A DNA stretch of 64,000 bases from Vicinamibacterales bacterium (GCA_035495955.1 DATJFE010000082.1:45460-109459), one strand, 5' to 3'; positions 9,380-19,428 are shown, numbered from the stretch's first letter. Numbers and translations: made by a program. Notes: generated from the letters alone by a model not told the origin.

Positions 9380-9563
9380 GTTTACCGGGCCCAGGGGCCA
9401 TCCCGTTTGGTGCGGGGTGTTGGGACGCCGGAATCGAACGGTCGTTGTTCAGTCTGGTATCCCGACAACCGATCCAGGCGGACCTTCGCGGGTCCGTCGC
9501 CGAAGCGCACCCAGCCGCTTCCAGGCCGTCGTCTGGCGACGCGGCCGGGCAGCGGCTTTTTTT
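9380..9563 (+). ncRNA. Candidate small non-coding RNA of about 185 nt (class not identified)
   Basis: Sigma70-like promoter TTGCCC(9344)-17 nt-TAGACT(9367), then about 185 nt without a credible ORF, ending in a long hairpin plus 7 U at 9513..9563. Internal helices include ggtgcg(9409)/cgcacc(9505) and ggacc-ttcgcg-ggtcc(9480..9495). Confidence 0.4.
9513..9563 (+). terminator. Rho-independent terminator
   Basis: agccgct...agcggct outer stem plus ggccgtcg/cgacgcggcc inner stem, followed by ttttttt. It ends 12 nt before the smc ATG. Confidence 0.75.
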
Positions 9564-9574
9564 GTGTAGGACCT

Positions 9575-12500
9575 ATGCGCCTCAATCGTCTCGAAATCGC
9601 CGGCTTCAAGAGCTTTCCCGATCGATCCGAGCTCGCCTTCGACACGGGGGTCACCGCGATCGTCGGACCGAACGGCTGCGGCAAGAGCAACGTCGTCGAC
9701 GCGATTACGTGGGTACTCGGCGAGCAGAGCGCGAAGAGCCTGCGCGGCGAGCAGATGATGGACGTCATTTTCCAGGGAAGCGACGCGCGGAAGCCGACGT
9801 CGGCCGCAGAAGTCCGGCTGCGCCTGAGCGGCGTGGCGGCCCGGCATCCCGGCAATGGAAACGGCAAAGCCGCCGGCGTCTTTGTCGAGGGTTCGCCGGA
9901 ACCGGCCGTCGCCGTCGCGTTTGCCCTCGAGGAGGAATCGCTCATCGTTCGCGACGTCGAGCTGTCGCGGCGCCTGTATCGTTCCGGTGAAAGCGAGTAC
10001 CTGATCGACGGTGAGGTCGTCCGGCTCAAGGACGTGCAGGACCTGCTGATGGACGCCGGCGTCGGCGTCAAGGCCTACGCCGTCATCGAGCAGGGCAAAA
10101 TCGGTCAGATTCTGAGCGCGCGTCCCACCGATCGGCGGCAACTGATCGAAGAAGCCGCGGGCATCACCAAATACAAGTCGCGCCGGCGGTCGGCGGAGCT
10201 GAAGCTCGAGGTGGCGCAGCAGAATCTGACGCGCGTCGACGACATCATCTTCGAAGTCGAGAAGCAGCGGGGCGCGCTGAAGCGCCAGGCTGCGAAGGCG
10301 CGCCGGTACAAGCGGCTGCGCGAGGAGCTGCGACGCTGGGAGAAAGTCCAGTTCGCGCAGCGGTATCGCACGCTGGGACAGGTGATCGACGCGGCACGGG
10401 CCCGCTTGTCGGACGCGCGCGCCCGTGAGGCGGCGGCGGCGGCCCATCTCGCCGACGTCGAAACCGCGCTGGAGCGCCTGCGGATCGAGCTGACCGAGGC
10501 CGACGCCCGCACGACGGCGGTCCGCGAGGCCGCCCACGCACGGGAATTGTCGATCGGGCGTCTCCAGCAGCAGGTCGTCTTCGACAAGCAGCAGATCGAT
10601 ATTCTGGCATCGGCGGCGGCCGCGCTCGAGGCGGAGCTCCAGGGGCTCGAGGCGCGGCGCGAACCGGCGCGCGAAGAGCTCGCGCAGCGTCGCGAGGCGG
10701 CGGCGCGCGCGATCGGGGAACGCGACCGGGCGGCTGCGGCGCTCGCGACCGAAGACCGCGCCTACGCATCGGCGACCGGCGCGATCGAAGGGCTGGAATC
10801 GGACGTGGAGGCGGCGAGAAGCGAAGTCTACGCCGCCGTCAATGCGGCGACGGCGCTGCGGCATGCCATGGAGCACGCGTCGGCCGCCCGCGCGCGCATC
10901 GGCGAGGCGCTCGCGAAGCTCGATGTCGAGCGCAACGACCTGCAGGTCGAGGCGCAGCGCGCCGCCGACGAGCGGTCGGCAGCCGAGGACGCGCTCCGAC
11001 GCGCCCGCGAGGCGATGGACACCCTCCACGTCGATCGCGCCGCGCGCGAGGGGGAGCTTGCCGGGGCGCGCCACGGCCGCGAGGCGCTCGGGCGCGGCAT
11101 TCGCACACGCGAGCACGATCTCGCCGCCGCCCGCGCGCGGCTGAAGTCCCTCGAGGAGCTCGACGCCGCGCGCGCCGAGTACGGCGACGGGGCGCGGATG
11201 ATCCTGGCGGACTCGGCCGGCGCGGTCCGGCATCTGGGTTCGGTCGCCGACTACATCGAGGTCGGCAAGCCGCACGAGCGCGCCGTCGATGCGGCCGCCG
11301 GCGATCTCCTGCAGCACGTCGTGGTCCGCACGCATGAAGATGCTGCCGAGGGGCTGGCGTTTGCGCGCGAGCGCGGCGCAGGCCGCGTCGCATTCGTCGT
11401 TGCCGAATCGACGCCGTCGAGTCTATCGGTCCCTGGTCCATCGGTCCCTGGACCGTCGGGAGCGATGTTGAACGCGGTGCTCCAGGTGTCCGGGCCGGCG
11501 GCGGAAGTCATACGCGCGCTCTTTGCGAACACGTTCGTCGCGGACGCTCGGGAGGACGCCAGGGAGTTCGCGTCGAGCACGGGCGCGACGGTCGTCACCG
11601 TCGGGGGCGATGTATTCCGCGGCGCTCACGTCGTGGAAGGGGGCCAGCGCGGCGAGGCGCGCAGCATCCTGACGACGAAGCGGGAAATCAAGGAGCTGCG
11701 CGAGCGGGCTGAAGCGGAAGATGTCGCGCTGGCCCGCATGCGCGAAGAAGCCGGCGGTCTCGACGTGGCGATCGCGGCCGCCGAGTCGGCGATCGCGTCG
11801 CTGCAGGCCGAGCTGCACCGCCAGGAGAAGGCCATCGTCGGTTTCGAGCTTCAGGCCGGCGGAGCGATCGAAGCGTCCGAGCGGGTCGAGCGCAAACAGC
11901 AGCAGATCGCCGTCGAGCGGCGCTCGGCCGAGGAGGAGCTCCGAAGCCAGGAGCGGCGTGAAGAAGAAGCCCGACACTCGATTCAGCGGATAGAGACCGA
12001 ACAGCGCGTCGCGGACGAGCAGTTGTCCATGGCGCAGCGGCGGCTGTTCGAGGCGCGGGAAGCCGCCGCGAGCCAGGCCCGCGTCACCGCGGAAGCCAAG
12101 GCCGTCCACGCCGCGCTCGTCGAGCGCAGCAGCGCGCTTGCGACCGACGTCCAGCGGCTGGAACACGCCGCGCTCGAGCTCGAGGCGCGCATGTCGGCGC
12201 GGTCGGACGAGCGGGAGCGAAACGTCGCCCGCCGCGAGGAGCTTCGCGTCGCGATCGTCGAATCCGAGCGGCACCTGGACGAGGATGTGCGGACGTTCGA
12301 CGGCCTGAAGGACCAGGTCCGGGCCGCCGACGAGGCCTCGCAGGCCATCCGCGCGCAGTTCGAGGCGCAGGAGGTGACGATCCGCGCGGCGCGCCGGCAG
12401 CTCGAAGCCGTGCGCGAAGAAGCGTCGCACCTGGAGGTGCAGCGCGCGACGGCGGAGTCCGATCTGACCCACCTGGCGGCCGCGTGCGCCGACACGGTGC

Positions 12501-13297
12501 AGGCATCGCTCGACGAAATTGCCGCGGAAGTCGATCAGATGGAGCGCGCTGGGCAGTTGGCCAGTCCCAGGGCCGTCGAAGACGCGCCCGAGCCGGCGGA
12601 AATCGAGGAGGGCGAAGTCCCGGCGGAGCCGGCGGCGGCCGCCCCGGCCCGGGCCCTGACGCCGGACGAAATGGTCGCCGACCTCCGCGCGAAGATCGAC
12701 CGCATGGGCGCCGTCAACATGATGGCGATCGACCAGTTCGACGATCTCGAATCGCGCCACACGTTCCTGACCGCGCAGCGCAAGGACCTCGTGGACTCGA
12801 TCGCCGCGACCAACGACGCCATCCGCAAGATCGACAAGACGACGCGCGAGCGATTCCACGAAGCGTTCACCGTCATCAACCGGAACTTCGAAGCCACCTT
12901 CACGACGCTGTTCGGCGGCGGCAAGGCCGGCCTCGTACTGCTCGATGAAAGCGACGCGCTCGAGAGCGGGATCGACATCATCGCGTCGCCTCCGGGAAAA
13001 CGGCTGCAGAGCATCCAGTTGCTCTCGGGCGGCGAGAAGGCGCTCACCGCGATGGCCCTGATGTTCGCGATCTTCAAGTATCGCCCGAGCCCGTTCTGCC
13101 TGCTCGACGAGATCGACGCGCCGCTCGACGATGCGAACATCGGGCGCTTCGTGGAGATGCTCCAGGGCATGCAGGAGCACACGCAGTTCATCCTCATCAC
13201 CCACAACCGGAAGACGATGGAGATCGCCGATCGGCTCTACGGCGTCACGATGGAAGAGCCGGGCGTGTCGAAGCTGATCTCCGTGCAGTTGAACTAA
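9575..13297 (+). CDS. smc: Chromosome segregation protein SMC
   Basis: MRLNRLEIAGFKSFPDRSELAFDTGVTAIVGPNGCGKSNVVDAITWVLGEQS (Walker A), long coiled coils, C-terminal LSGGEKALTAMALMFAIFKYRPSPFCLLDEIDAPLDDAN. Track ORF 9407 has a spurious N-terminal extension. Confidence 0.95.
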   Translation: MRLNRLEIAGFKSFPDRSELAFDTGVTAIVGPNGCGKSNVVDAITWVLGEQSAKSLRGEQMMDVIFQGSDARKPTSAAEVRLRLSGVAARHPGNGNGKAAGVFVEGSPEPAVAVAFALEEESLIVRDVELSRRLYRSGESEYLIDGEVVRLKDVQDLLMDAGVGVKAYAVIEQGKIGQILSARPTDRRQLIEEAAGITKYKSRRRSAELKLEVAQQNLTRVDDIIFEVEKQRGALKRQAAKARRYKRLREELRRWEKVQFAQRYRTLGQVIDAARARLSDARAREAAAAAHLADVETALERLRIELTEADARTTAVREAAHARELSIGRLQQQVVFDKQQIDILASAAAALEAELQGLEARREPAREELAQRREAAARAIGERDRAAAALATEDRAYASATGAIEGLESDVEAARSEVYAAVNAATALRHAMEHASAARARIGEALAKLDVERNDLQVEAQRAADERSAAEDALRRAREAMDTLHVDRAAREGELAGARHGREALGRGIRTREHDLAAARARLKSLEELDAARAEYGDGARMILADSAGAVRHLGSVADYIEVGKPHERAVDAAAGDLLQHVVVRTHEDAAEGLAFARERGAGRVAFVVAESTPSSLSVPGPSVPGPSGAMLNAVLQVSGPAAEVIRALFANTFVADAREDAREFASSTGATVVTVGGDVFRGAHVVEGGQRGEARSILTTKREIKELRERAEAEDVALARMREEAGGLDVAIAAAESAIASLQAELHRQEKAIVGFELQAGGAIEASERVERKQQQIAVERRSAEEELRSQERREEEARHSIQRIETEQRVADEQLSMAQRRLFEAREAAASQARVTAEAKAVHAALVERSSALATDVQRLEHAALELEARMSARSDERERNVARREELRVAIVESERHLDEDVRTFDGLKDQVRAADEASQAIRAQFEAQEVTIRAARRQLEAVREEASHLEVQRATAESDLTHLAAACADTVQASLDEIAAEVDQMERAGQLASPRAVEDAPEPAEIEEGEVPAEPAAAAPARALTPDEMVADLRAKIDRMGAVNMMAIDQFDDLESRHTFLTAQRKDLVDSIAATNDAIRKIDKTTRERFHEAFTVINRNFEATFTTLFGGGKAGLVLLDESDALESGIDIIASPPGKRLQSIQLLSGGEKALTAMALMFAIFKYRPSPFCLLDEIDAPLDDANIGRFVEMLQGMQEHTQFILITHNRKTMEIADRLYGVTMEEPGVSKLISVQLN
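11425..11459 (+). repeat. In-frame duplicated atcggtccctgg unit inside smc (encodes SVPGPSVPGPS)
   Basis: Reads atcggtccctggtccatcggtccctggaccgtcgg. The motif is the reverse complement of the core of the 2395..2453 repeat. Confidence 0.75.
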
Positions 13298-13347
13298 CCG
13301 ACAACCGATAACCGACAAGGACACCCGACACCCGACACCCGATAACC
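13296..13347. repeat. Heptad array AACCGA/CACCCGA just after the smc stop
   Basis: Reads aaccgacaaccgataaccgacaaggacacccgacacccgacacccgataaccg, followed by the small hairpin aaccgta-caacccac-tacggtt. Confidence 0.8.
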
Positions 13348-13366
13348 GTACAACCCACTACGGTTC

Positions 13367-14485
13367 GTGAACGAAGACAGAGCGTCCCGCTATCACCGGC
13401 TGCGGCGGCGTGCGACGGTCGCGTCCACGCTCGCGGGTGCGGCGTGGCTCGTCTGGCTGCTGGCCAGCGGGTTTTCGAGGCAGCTCGCCTCGTGGGCGTT
13501 GACGCCGGGCGCAGCGCTGCCGTGGATTGTCGGCCGTTCGCTCGCCGTGGCGCTTGCCGCGGCGGCAACCGCAGTCGGCTGGGAACTCGTGTCGCTGCCG
13601 TTCGAGTTCTATCGCAGCTTTCTCCTCGATCGAAAATACGGCCTCTCATCCGAGCCGCTGGTGAACTGGCTCGGCGACTACGCCAAGGCGCTCGCGCTCG
13701 TGCTGCTGCTGACGATGGCGGGAGCGGTGACTGTCTACGGAGCGGTTCACGTCGCGGGCCGTGCCTGGTGGCTGCTGGCGGCCGGGCTGTTCGGGCTCGG
13801 GGCGGTCGCGCTGTCGCGGATCGCGCCCGTCGTGCTCATGCCCCTCTTCTTTCGATGCCGTCCGCTGGACCGCGAGGGGCTTCGAGTCCGCCTGCTCGAT
13901 CTGTCGCGCCGGGCCGGCGTTCCGGTCGTGGGCGCGTTGGAGTGGGGGCTCGGCGAGAAAACGACGCGCGCCAACGCGGCCCTTGTCGGAGTGGGACGCA
14001 CGCGTCGGATCCTCGTATCGGACACGCTCCTGCGGAACTATTCGGACGACGAAATCGAGGTGATTCTCGCGCATGAGTTCGCGCACCACATTCATCACGA
14101 CATCTGGACGGGACTGGCGCTCGAGACGCTGATCGTCGCCGCGGCGCTGTTCGCGGCGGCCGTCGCCGTGCAGCGCGTCGGGCCCAGGTTCGGCGTGTCG
14201 ACCGTTGCGGATCCGGCCGGGATTCCTCTCCTGATTCTGGCTGCCGGCGCCGTCTCGCTGGCGCTGACTCCGCTCGCCAACGCATGGTCCCGCCGGAACG
14301 AGCGCCGCGCGGATCGGTTCGCGTTGGCGCTGACCGGCGGCCGCGAGCCCTTCATCACGGCGATGCGGCGGCTGGGCGTTCAGAACCTGGCCGAGGAGCG
14401 GCCGTCCGCGCCTGTCTTCTGGTTCTTCCACACCCACCCGACGATCGACGAGCGCATCACCGTCGCCAAGACGTTCGAGGTGTAG
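13367..14485 (+). CDS. M48 family zinc metalloprotease (Ste24/HtpX-like), membrane-bound
   Basis: HEFAHHIHHD (HExxH), several TM helices, C-terminal FFHTHPTIDERI typical of M48. Confidence 0.8.
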   Translation: MNEDRASRYHRLRRRATVASTLAGAAWLVWLLASGFSRQLASWALTPGAALPWIVGRSLAVALAAAATAVGWELVSLPFEFYRSFLLDRKYGLSSEPLVNWLGDYAKALALVLLLTMAGAVTVYGAVHVAGRAWWLLAAGLFGLGAVALSRIAPVVLMPLFFRCRPLDREGLRVRLLDLSRRAGVPVVGALEWGLGEKTTRANAALVGVGRTRRILVSDTLLRNYSDDEIEVILAHEFAHHIHHDIWTGLALETLIVAAALFAAAVAVQRVGPRFGVSTVADPAGIPLLILAAGAVSLALTPLANAWSRRNERRADRFALALTGGREPFITAMRRLGVQNLAEERPSAPVFWFFHTHPTIDERITVAKTFEV

Positions 14486-14592
14486 GTGGCTGGCGGCCGC
14501 GTCACGAACCATTCACTCTCATAGGGGCACTTTTCGTCCGCGTCGTCCGTGGCCAATCCTCTGTACGTCTCCGTGTGCTCGGCGACGCTGTG

Positions 14593-14622
14593 TTGTACGG
14601 TCTCTCTTCTCTGACGTAGAAT
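14593..14622 (+). promoter_or_regulatory. Sigma70-like promoter TTGTAC-18 nt-TAGAAT, 10 nt upstream of ATG 14633
   Basis: Reads ttgtacggtctctcttctctgacgtagaat followed by ctgcggcatcATG, with no SD. Confidence 0.5.
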
Positions 14623-14632
14623 CTGCGGCATC

Positions 14633-17380
14633 ATGCGCAGATTCGTTCTGGGCGGCATCCTCCTGGCGCTTTCTGTTGCGGCGGCTCCCGTGGCGCAGCA
14701 GAGGCTGGCTTTGCAAGCCTCACAGGCGCGCCATCTCACCACGCCCAAGGAAGCGCTCGGGTTCAGCTTCGGCGACGACTACCAGCTCGCCAACTACAAG
14801 CAGATCGAGGCGTACTGGAAGACGCTCGCGAAGGAATCGGATCGCCTGGTCCTCCACGACATGGGCCGGACCGCCGAGGGACGGACCCAATGGATGGCGA
14901 TCGTGACGTCTCCCGAGAACCAGAAGAAGCTCGCCCGCTACCGCGAAATCTCGATGCGCCTCGCGTTGGCGGATGGACTGACGGACGATCAGGCGCGCGC
15001 GCTCGCCAGGGAGGGCAAAGCGGTCGTGTGGATCGACGGCGGCCTGCACGCGACCGAGACGCTGGGGGCGCAGCAGCTCGGGGAGATGGTCTACGAGATG
15101 GTCAGCCGGACCGACGAAGAAACGACGAGGTTTCTGAACGATTGCATCATCCTCTTCGTCCACGCCAATCCCGACGGAAACGATCTCGTCGCCGACTGGT
15201 ACATGCGCAACGCCGATCCGCAGAAGCGATCGCTGAACAATCTCCCCCGGCTCTACCAGAAATACATCGGACACGACAACAACCGCGACTTCTTCGCGTC
15301 CACTCAGCCGGAGACGGAGAACATCAATCGCGTGCTCTACCACGAATGGATGCCGCAGATCCTCTACAACCATCATCAGAGCGGACCGGCGGGGACCGTT
15401 GCCTGGTCGTCGCCGCAGCGCGATCCCTACAACTACAATCTCGATCCGCTGCTGATCCTGGGATTGCAGGCGCTCGGCACGCACCTCGCCGAACGCGCGG
15501 CCACGGAAGGCAAGCCGGGCGTCACGCTTGCGTCGGGCGGCGCGTATGACGGCTGGTGGAACGGCGGCATCCGCAACACCGGCAACTTCCACAACATCCT
15601 GGCGATCCTGACGGAAACGATCGGCGGTCCGACGCCGATGCAGATCCCGTTGACGCCGCAGCGGCTGCTCCCGAACCGGGATCTGCCGTATCCCATCGAG
15701 CCGCAGGAGTGGCACTTCCGGCAGTCGGTGGATTACTCGATCACCTTCAACCGCGCCATCCTCGACTACGCGTCGCGCAACCGCGAGAATCTGCTGTTCA
15801 ACATCTACCGGATGGGGCAGCGATCGATTCAGCGCGGGAGCGGCGACTACTGGACGCCGTCGCCGTCGCGCGTGAATGGGCTGAGCGGCGATTTCGGCGG
15901 CAGAGGTGCATCGCCGGAGGCGGAGACCGCGGCCTGGGCAGCGCTGCGTAAACCGGAGCTGCGCGATCCCCGCGCCTTCATCGTTCCTGCGAACCAGCGC
16001 GATTTTCCGACGGCGGTCAAGTTCATCAACGCGCTGCGCGAAGTGAATGTGACGGTGCATCGCGCGACCAAGGAGTTCACGGTCAACGGCAGGACCTATC
16101 CGGGCGGGTCGTTCGTCGTGTTCACGGCGCAGGCGTTTCGCCCGCATGTGATGGACATGTTCGAGCCGCAGGATCATCCGAACGTGATTCCGTATCCCGG
16201 CGCGCCGCCGACGCGACCCTACGACAACGCCGGCTGGACGCTCGCCTTCCAGATGGGCGTGCAGGTCGATCGGATTCTCGAAGGGTTCACCGGTCCGTTC
16301 GAGAAAGTGACGGATTGGAACGTGAAGCCGCCGATGGGACAGATCGACGGCTCCCGCGGGACCTGGTTGACGTTCGACCGCGCGCTGAACGACTCGGCTC
16401 GTGTCGTCAACCGGCTTCTTGCGGCCGGCGCTACCGTGGCCATCGCGCCGCTCACATATTCAACGAACGCGTCCGCCGACCTCATCCAGAAGCTGACGGC
16501 GCTTGGAGTCAGCTTCAGACGCATTCCTGATATCGATGTGACGACGCTGCCCACAGGCACGCACGCGGACACGGTGCCTCGCGTCGATCTGCGCGCGCCG
16601 CGCATCGGGCTCTGGGATCAGTACGGCGGCTCCGCGGAATCGGGCTGGACGCGCTGGATCCTCGAGCAGTTCGAGTTTCCGTATCAGCGCGTCTACGCGC
16701 CGGAGCTCGATGCCGGCAACCTGAACGCGAAATACGACGTGCTTATCCTTCCTCAGGGCGCGATCCCTGCCGTTGGGGGCGGCGGGCGCGGGGGCCGTGG
16801 CGCCGGCCGAGGTGGAGGCGCGCCGAGCGACGATATTCCCGCTGAATACCGATCCCAGCTCGGTCGCGTCACCGCTGAGACGACGATTCCGCAGATCCGC
16901 GCGTTTCTCGCGAACGGCGGCACCGTGATCGCGATCGGATCCTCCGCGATGAATCTCGCCCAGCAACTCAAGTTGCCGGTGGAGAACCATCTCGTCGAAA
17001 ACGGCGCGCCGCTGCCCGCATCGAAATTCTTCGTTCCCGGGTCGGTCCTCACCGTCAAGGTCGACACGAGGCATCCGCTGGCGGCAGGCATGAGCGAGCG
17101 GACCGATTTCTTCTTCGACAACAACCCGGTCTTCAAACTCGCGCCCGGCGCGGAGGCCGCCGGGTTGAAGGCGTTCGCCTGGTTTGATTCCGCCACGCCG
17201 CTGCACAGCGGCTGGGCCTGGGGCCAGAAGTACCTCCAGGGCGGCATCGTCGCTATCGAAGGGCCGGTCGGCAAGGGGCGCGTGATTCTCTACGGCCCCG
17301 AGATCCTCCAGCGCGCGCAGCCGCACGGCACGTTCAAGCTGCTCTTCAATGCGCTGTTCGCGTCCGCCGCTGGGCAGTAG
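14633..17380 (+). CDS. Secreted M14-family metallocarboxypeptidase-like protein (large, with C-terminal extra domains)
   Basis: Signal peptide. IDGGLHATETLG, HANPDGNDLVADWYMRN, YQKYIGHDNNRDFF are M14 zinc/active-site-type motifs. Gly/Arg loop GGGGRGGRGAGRGGG. Confidence 0.8.
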   Translation: MRRFVLGGILLALSVAAAPVAQQRLALQASQARHLTTPKEALGFSFGDDYQLANYKQIEAYWKTLAKESDRLVLHDMGRTAEGRTQWMAIVTSPENQKKLARYREISMRLALADGLTDDQARALAREGKAVVWIDGGLHATETLGAQQLGEMVYEMVSRTDEETTRFLNDCIILFVHANPDGNDLVADWYMRNADPQKRSLNNLPRLYQKYIGHDNNRDFFASTQPETENINRVLYHEWMPQILYNHHQSGPAGTVAWSSPQRDPYNYNLDPLLILGLQALGTHLAERAATEGKPGVTLASGGAYDGWWNGGIRNTGNFHNILAILTETIGGPTPMQIPLTPQRLLPNRDLPYPIEPQEWHFRQSVDYSITFNRAILDYASRNRENLLFNIYRMGQRSIQRGSGDYWTPSPSRVNGLSGDFGGRGASPEAETAAWAALRKPELRDPRAFIVPANQRDFPTAVKFINALREVNVTVHRATKEFTVNGRTYPGGSFVVFTAQAFRPHVMDMFEPQDHPNVIPYPGAPPTRPYDNAGWTLAFQMGVQVDRILEGFTGPFEKVTDWNVKPPMGQIDGSRGTWLTFDRALNDSARVVNRLLAAGATVAIAPLTYSTNASADLIQKLTALGVSFRRIPDIDVTTLPTGTHADTVPRVDLRAPRIGLWDQYGGSAESGWTRWILEQFEFPYQRVYAPELDAGNLNAKYDVLILPQGAIPAVGGGGRGGRGAGRGGGAPSDDIPAEYRSQLGRVTAETTIPQIRAFLANGGTVIAIGSSAMNLAQQLKLPVENHLVENGAPLPASKFFVPGSVLTVKVDTRHPLAAGMSERTDFFFDNNPVFKLAPGAEAAGLKAFAWFDSATPLHSGWAWGQKYLQGGIVAIEGPVGKGRVILYGPEILQRAQPHGTFKLLFNALFASAAGQ

Positions 17381-17466
17381 TCGGGAGGCGGAAGGGGGGG
17401 AACGCGGAAGGCGGAAAGCAGAAGTCAGAACCGATCGCCTTCTGTCTTCTGACTCCTGCCTCCTGA
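17381..17466. repeat. Purine-rich heptad arrays (GCGGAAG) and their complement forming a convergent-gene hairpin
   Basis: gcagaagtcagaa (17418..17430) pairs with ttctgtcttctgac (17440..17453). The right arm encodes the S9 peptidase tail GGRSQKTEGDRF. Confidence 0.7.
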
Positions 17467-19428
17467 ATTTTTCAGGTATTTTTCCCACCACTGGAGCTCG
17501 TTGATCATCCGGTGGACGTTGTTCCAGTGGCCGGAGATGCCGTGCGGCTGGTCGGCGTAGCGGATCATCTTCGCGGGAATGCCGCGGCGGCGCAGCGCGA
17601 AGTACATCTGCTCGCCTTCGGTGTAGGGCACGCGATGATCGACTTCGCCGTGGATGAAGAGCGTCGGCGTCTTGACCCGGTCGGCGTAGGCAAGCGGCGA
17701 CTGATGGATCATGCGGTCGCGTGCCGCCTTGTCCCACGGCGTGCCGAAGAACTCCGTCTCCTTCGTCCGATAGATGTCGGCGGTGCCGTAGTCGGACATC
17801 CAGTTGGAGATTCCAGCGCCTGTGACAGCTGCCGCGAAGCGGTCGGGATACTGCGTGATGAGCCAGTTCGTCATGAAGCCGCCGTACGAATGACCGGTAT
17901 GCCCGACGCGCTTCGAATCGATCGGGTACTTGTGGATCACATAGTCGATCCCTGACACGACGTCTTCGCCGTCCTTCGTGCCCCATTCGCCCCAGGTGGC
18001 CCACTTGAAGGCGTCGCCATACCCTGTCGAGCTGCGGAAGTTCGTATCGAGCACGAAGTAGCCGTGGGCCGCGAAGAACTGCTGCTTGAAGTCGAAGCTG
18101 TAGCCCGTGGCCGCGTGCGGTCCGCCGTGGCTGAACACGATCAGCGGGTACGGCCCCCTGCTCGGATCGTAGTTCGCCGGCGGCAGGATCCAGCCTTCGA
18201 TCGGCGTGCCGTCATAGCTTTTCCACTGCAGCCGCTCCGCCTTGCTCAGCGCGACGTCGGCCATCAGCGCGTGATTGACATCGGTCAGACGCCGTTCGTG
18301 CGAGCCGTCGATGTCGGCCGCGTAGAGATCGCCCGGCTCGTCGTGCTGGCCGACGGTGTAGGCGATCGTCGTGAACGCCTTGTCGATCGTCAGGTTGCCG
18401 ATCCTGCGCGGCCCGGTCGTCACTTGCTCGACCCTCGCGCCGGCGACGGGCGCCACGCGAAACAGATGCGATTCGCCTCCGATTTCCGCCGTGAAGTAGA
18501 CGAAGCGGCTGTCGGGCGACCAGTGGATCGGTCCCGGCTCGAGATCCCACGCGGCCGTCAGATTGATCGGTTGTCCGCCGGCGACGGGACGGATGTACAG
18601 ATCGCGCGGCCCACCGTGGTTCAGCTTGTGCTGAATGATCATGTCGGTGCCGAAGCTGCGCTCGTAGGCCAGGTACTTGCCGTCGGGCGAGAACGCCGGG
18701 TCGGAGTAGACCGCGCCGTCGTTCGTCAGGCGCGTGACCGTGCCGTTGGTGGTCGACGTCCACAGGTCCGCGTGGTCGTATTTCAGCTCGTCGCGGAAAT
18801 CGGCGTCGGCGGTGAACGCGATCAGCCGTTCCGTCGGATGCCACGTCAGGCCAGACGGGCGCAGATCCTTGTCGACGATAACCTTCGCGTCGCCGCCGGC
18901 CGCGGGCAGCAGGACGACCTGCAGCGCGGGCGCCGCCGCGGGATTCGGCACCGGATACGGCGCGCCGTCGCGCTGGAAATCCTTCCAGTCGAACTGGACG
19001 CCCTTGAATCGTTCCTGGTGCCGTTTCTCGAAGTCGCTCGCGTAGTTCGGCTCGGCCTTCGCCTCCGGCTTCTCCTGCGTACGAACGATCCACGCGCCGT
19101 CGGGGCTCATGGCGGTGGCTCCGCCGCCACCGCGGCCTCCACGGCCGCCGCCGCGTCCGCCACCGGCGCCCCTGCCGGGCGGCGCCTCGATCTTTTCCGG
19201 CGGCGCGGACGCGTCGGTCGGCACCCGAAAGGTGTCCGTCTTCGTGCTGTTGTCGTCCTCGACGCGCGTCGCGACCGTGAACTGCACGGACTTGCCGTCC
19301 GACGAGATCTGCGGATTGCCGATCGTCAGCACGCGGTAGTAGTCCTCGATCGCAAGCGGGCGCTTCGCCTGACCATGCAGAGCCGCCGCCGCGAGTGCGC
19401 ACATCACGCCGAACACCGCGCGTTTCAT
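17425..19428 (-). CDS. S9 family serine peptidase (prolyl oligopeptidase/dipeptidyl-peptidase type) with N-terminal beta-propeller
   Basis: GHTGHSYGGFMTNW (GxSxGG nucleophile elbow), FIHGEVDHRVP, propeller-like N-terminal half. The start MKRAVFGVMCALAAAALHG is preceded by GGAGG. Gly/Arg loop GRGAGGGRGGGRGGRGGGG. Confidence 0.85.
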   Translation of the reverse strand: MKRAVFGVMCALAAAALHGQAKRPLAIEDYYRVLTIGNPQISSDGKSVQFTVATRVEDDNSTKTDTFRVPTDASAPPEKIEAPPGRGAGGGRGGGRGGRGGGGATAMSPDGAWIVRTQEKPEAKAEPNYASDFEKRHQERFKGVQFDWKDFQRDGAPYPVPNPAAAPALQVVLLPAAGGDAKVIVDKDLRPSGLTWHPTERLIAFTADADFRDELKYDHADLWTSTTNGTVTRLTNDGAVYSDPAFSPDGKYLAYERSFGTDMIIQHKLNHGGPRDLYIRPVAGGQPINLTAAWDLEPGPIHWSPDSRFVYFTAEIGGESHLFRVAPVAGARVEQVTTGPRRIGNLTIDKAFTTIAYTVGQHDEPGDLYAADIDGSHERRLTDVNHALMADVALSKAERLQWKSYDGTPIEGWILPPANYDPSRGPYPLIVFSHGGPHAATGYSFDFKQQFFAAHGYFVLDTNFRSSTGYGDAFKWATWGEWGTKDGEDVVSGIDYVIHKYPIDSKRVGHTGHSYGGFMTNWLITQYPDRFAAAVTGAGISNWMSDYGTADIYRTKETEFFGTPWDKAARDRMIHQSPLAYADRVKTPTLFIHGEVDHRVPYTEGEQMYFALRRRGIPAKMIRYADQPHGISGHWNNVHRMINELQWWEKYLKNSGGRSQKTEGDRF

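Noticed and set aside
9421-9452. tRNA/tmRNA-like T-loop on the minus strand (reverse complement reads gaccgTTCGATTccggc)
   Set aside because: The flanking bases do not form a 5-bp T stem. No acceptor stem or CCA context is present, no anticodon arm could be drawn, and a full-length tmRNA would run into smc.
9380-9563. Assigning the candidate sRNA to SRP RNA, 6S RNA, RNase P or tmRNA
   Set aside because: I could not find the SRP domain IV GNAR/AGCA motifs, the RNase P GAGGAAAGTCC box or a tmRNA tag reading frame. A 6S-like fold is possible but cannot be shown by eye. The class is left unassigned.
7540-13324. Long minus-strand ORFs 7540..9312, 9449..11335 and 11423..13324
   Set aside because: They run antisense to ctp and smc. 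They have no recognisable motifs and an extreme Arg/Leu/Asp/Gly bias, so they are shadow ORFs.
16770-16820. G-quadruplex potential of the G-rich DNA encoding the RGG loops
   Set aside because: The G tracts are irregular, with only three runs of 3 or more G. The feature is adequately explained as Gly/Arg codons in a high-GC genome.
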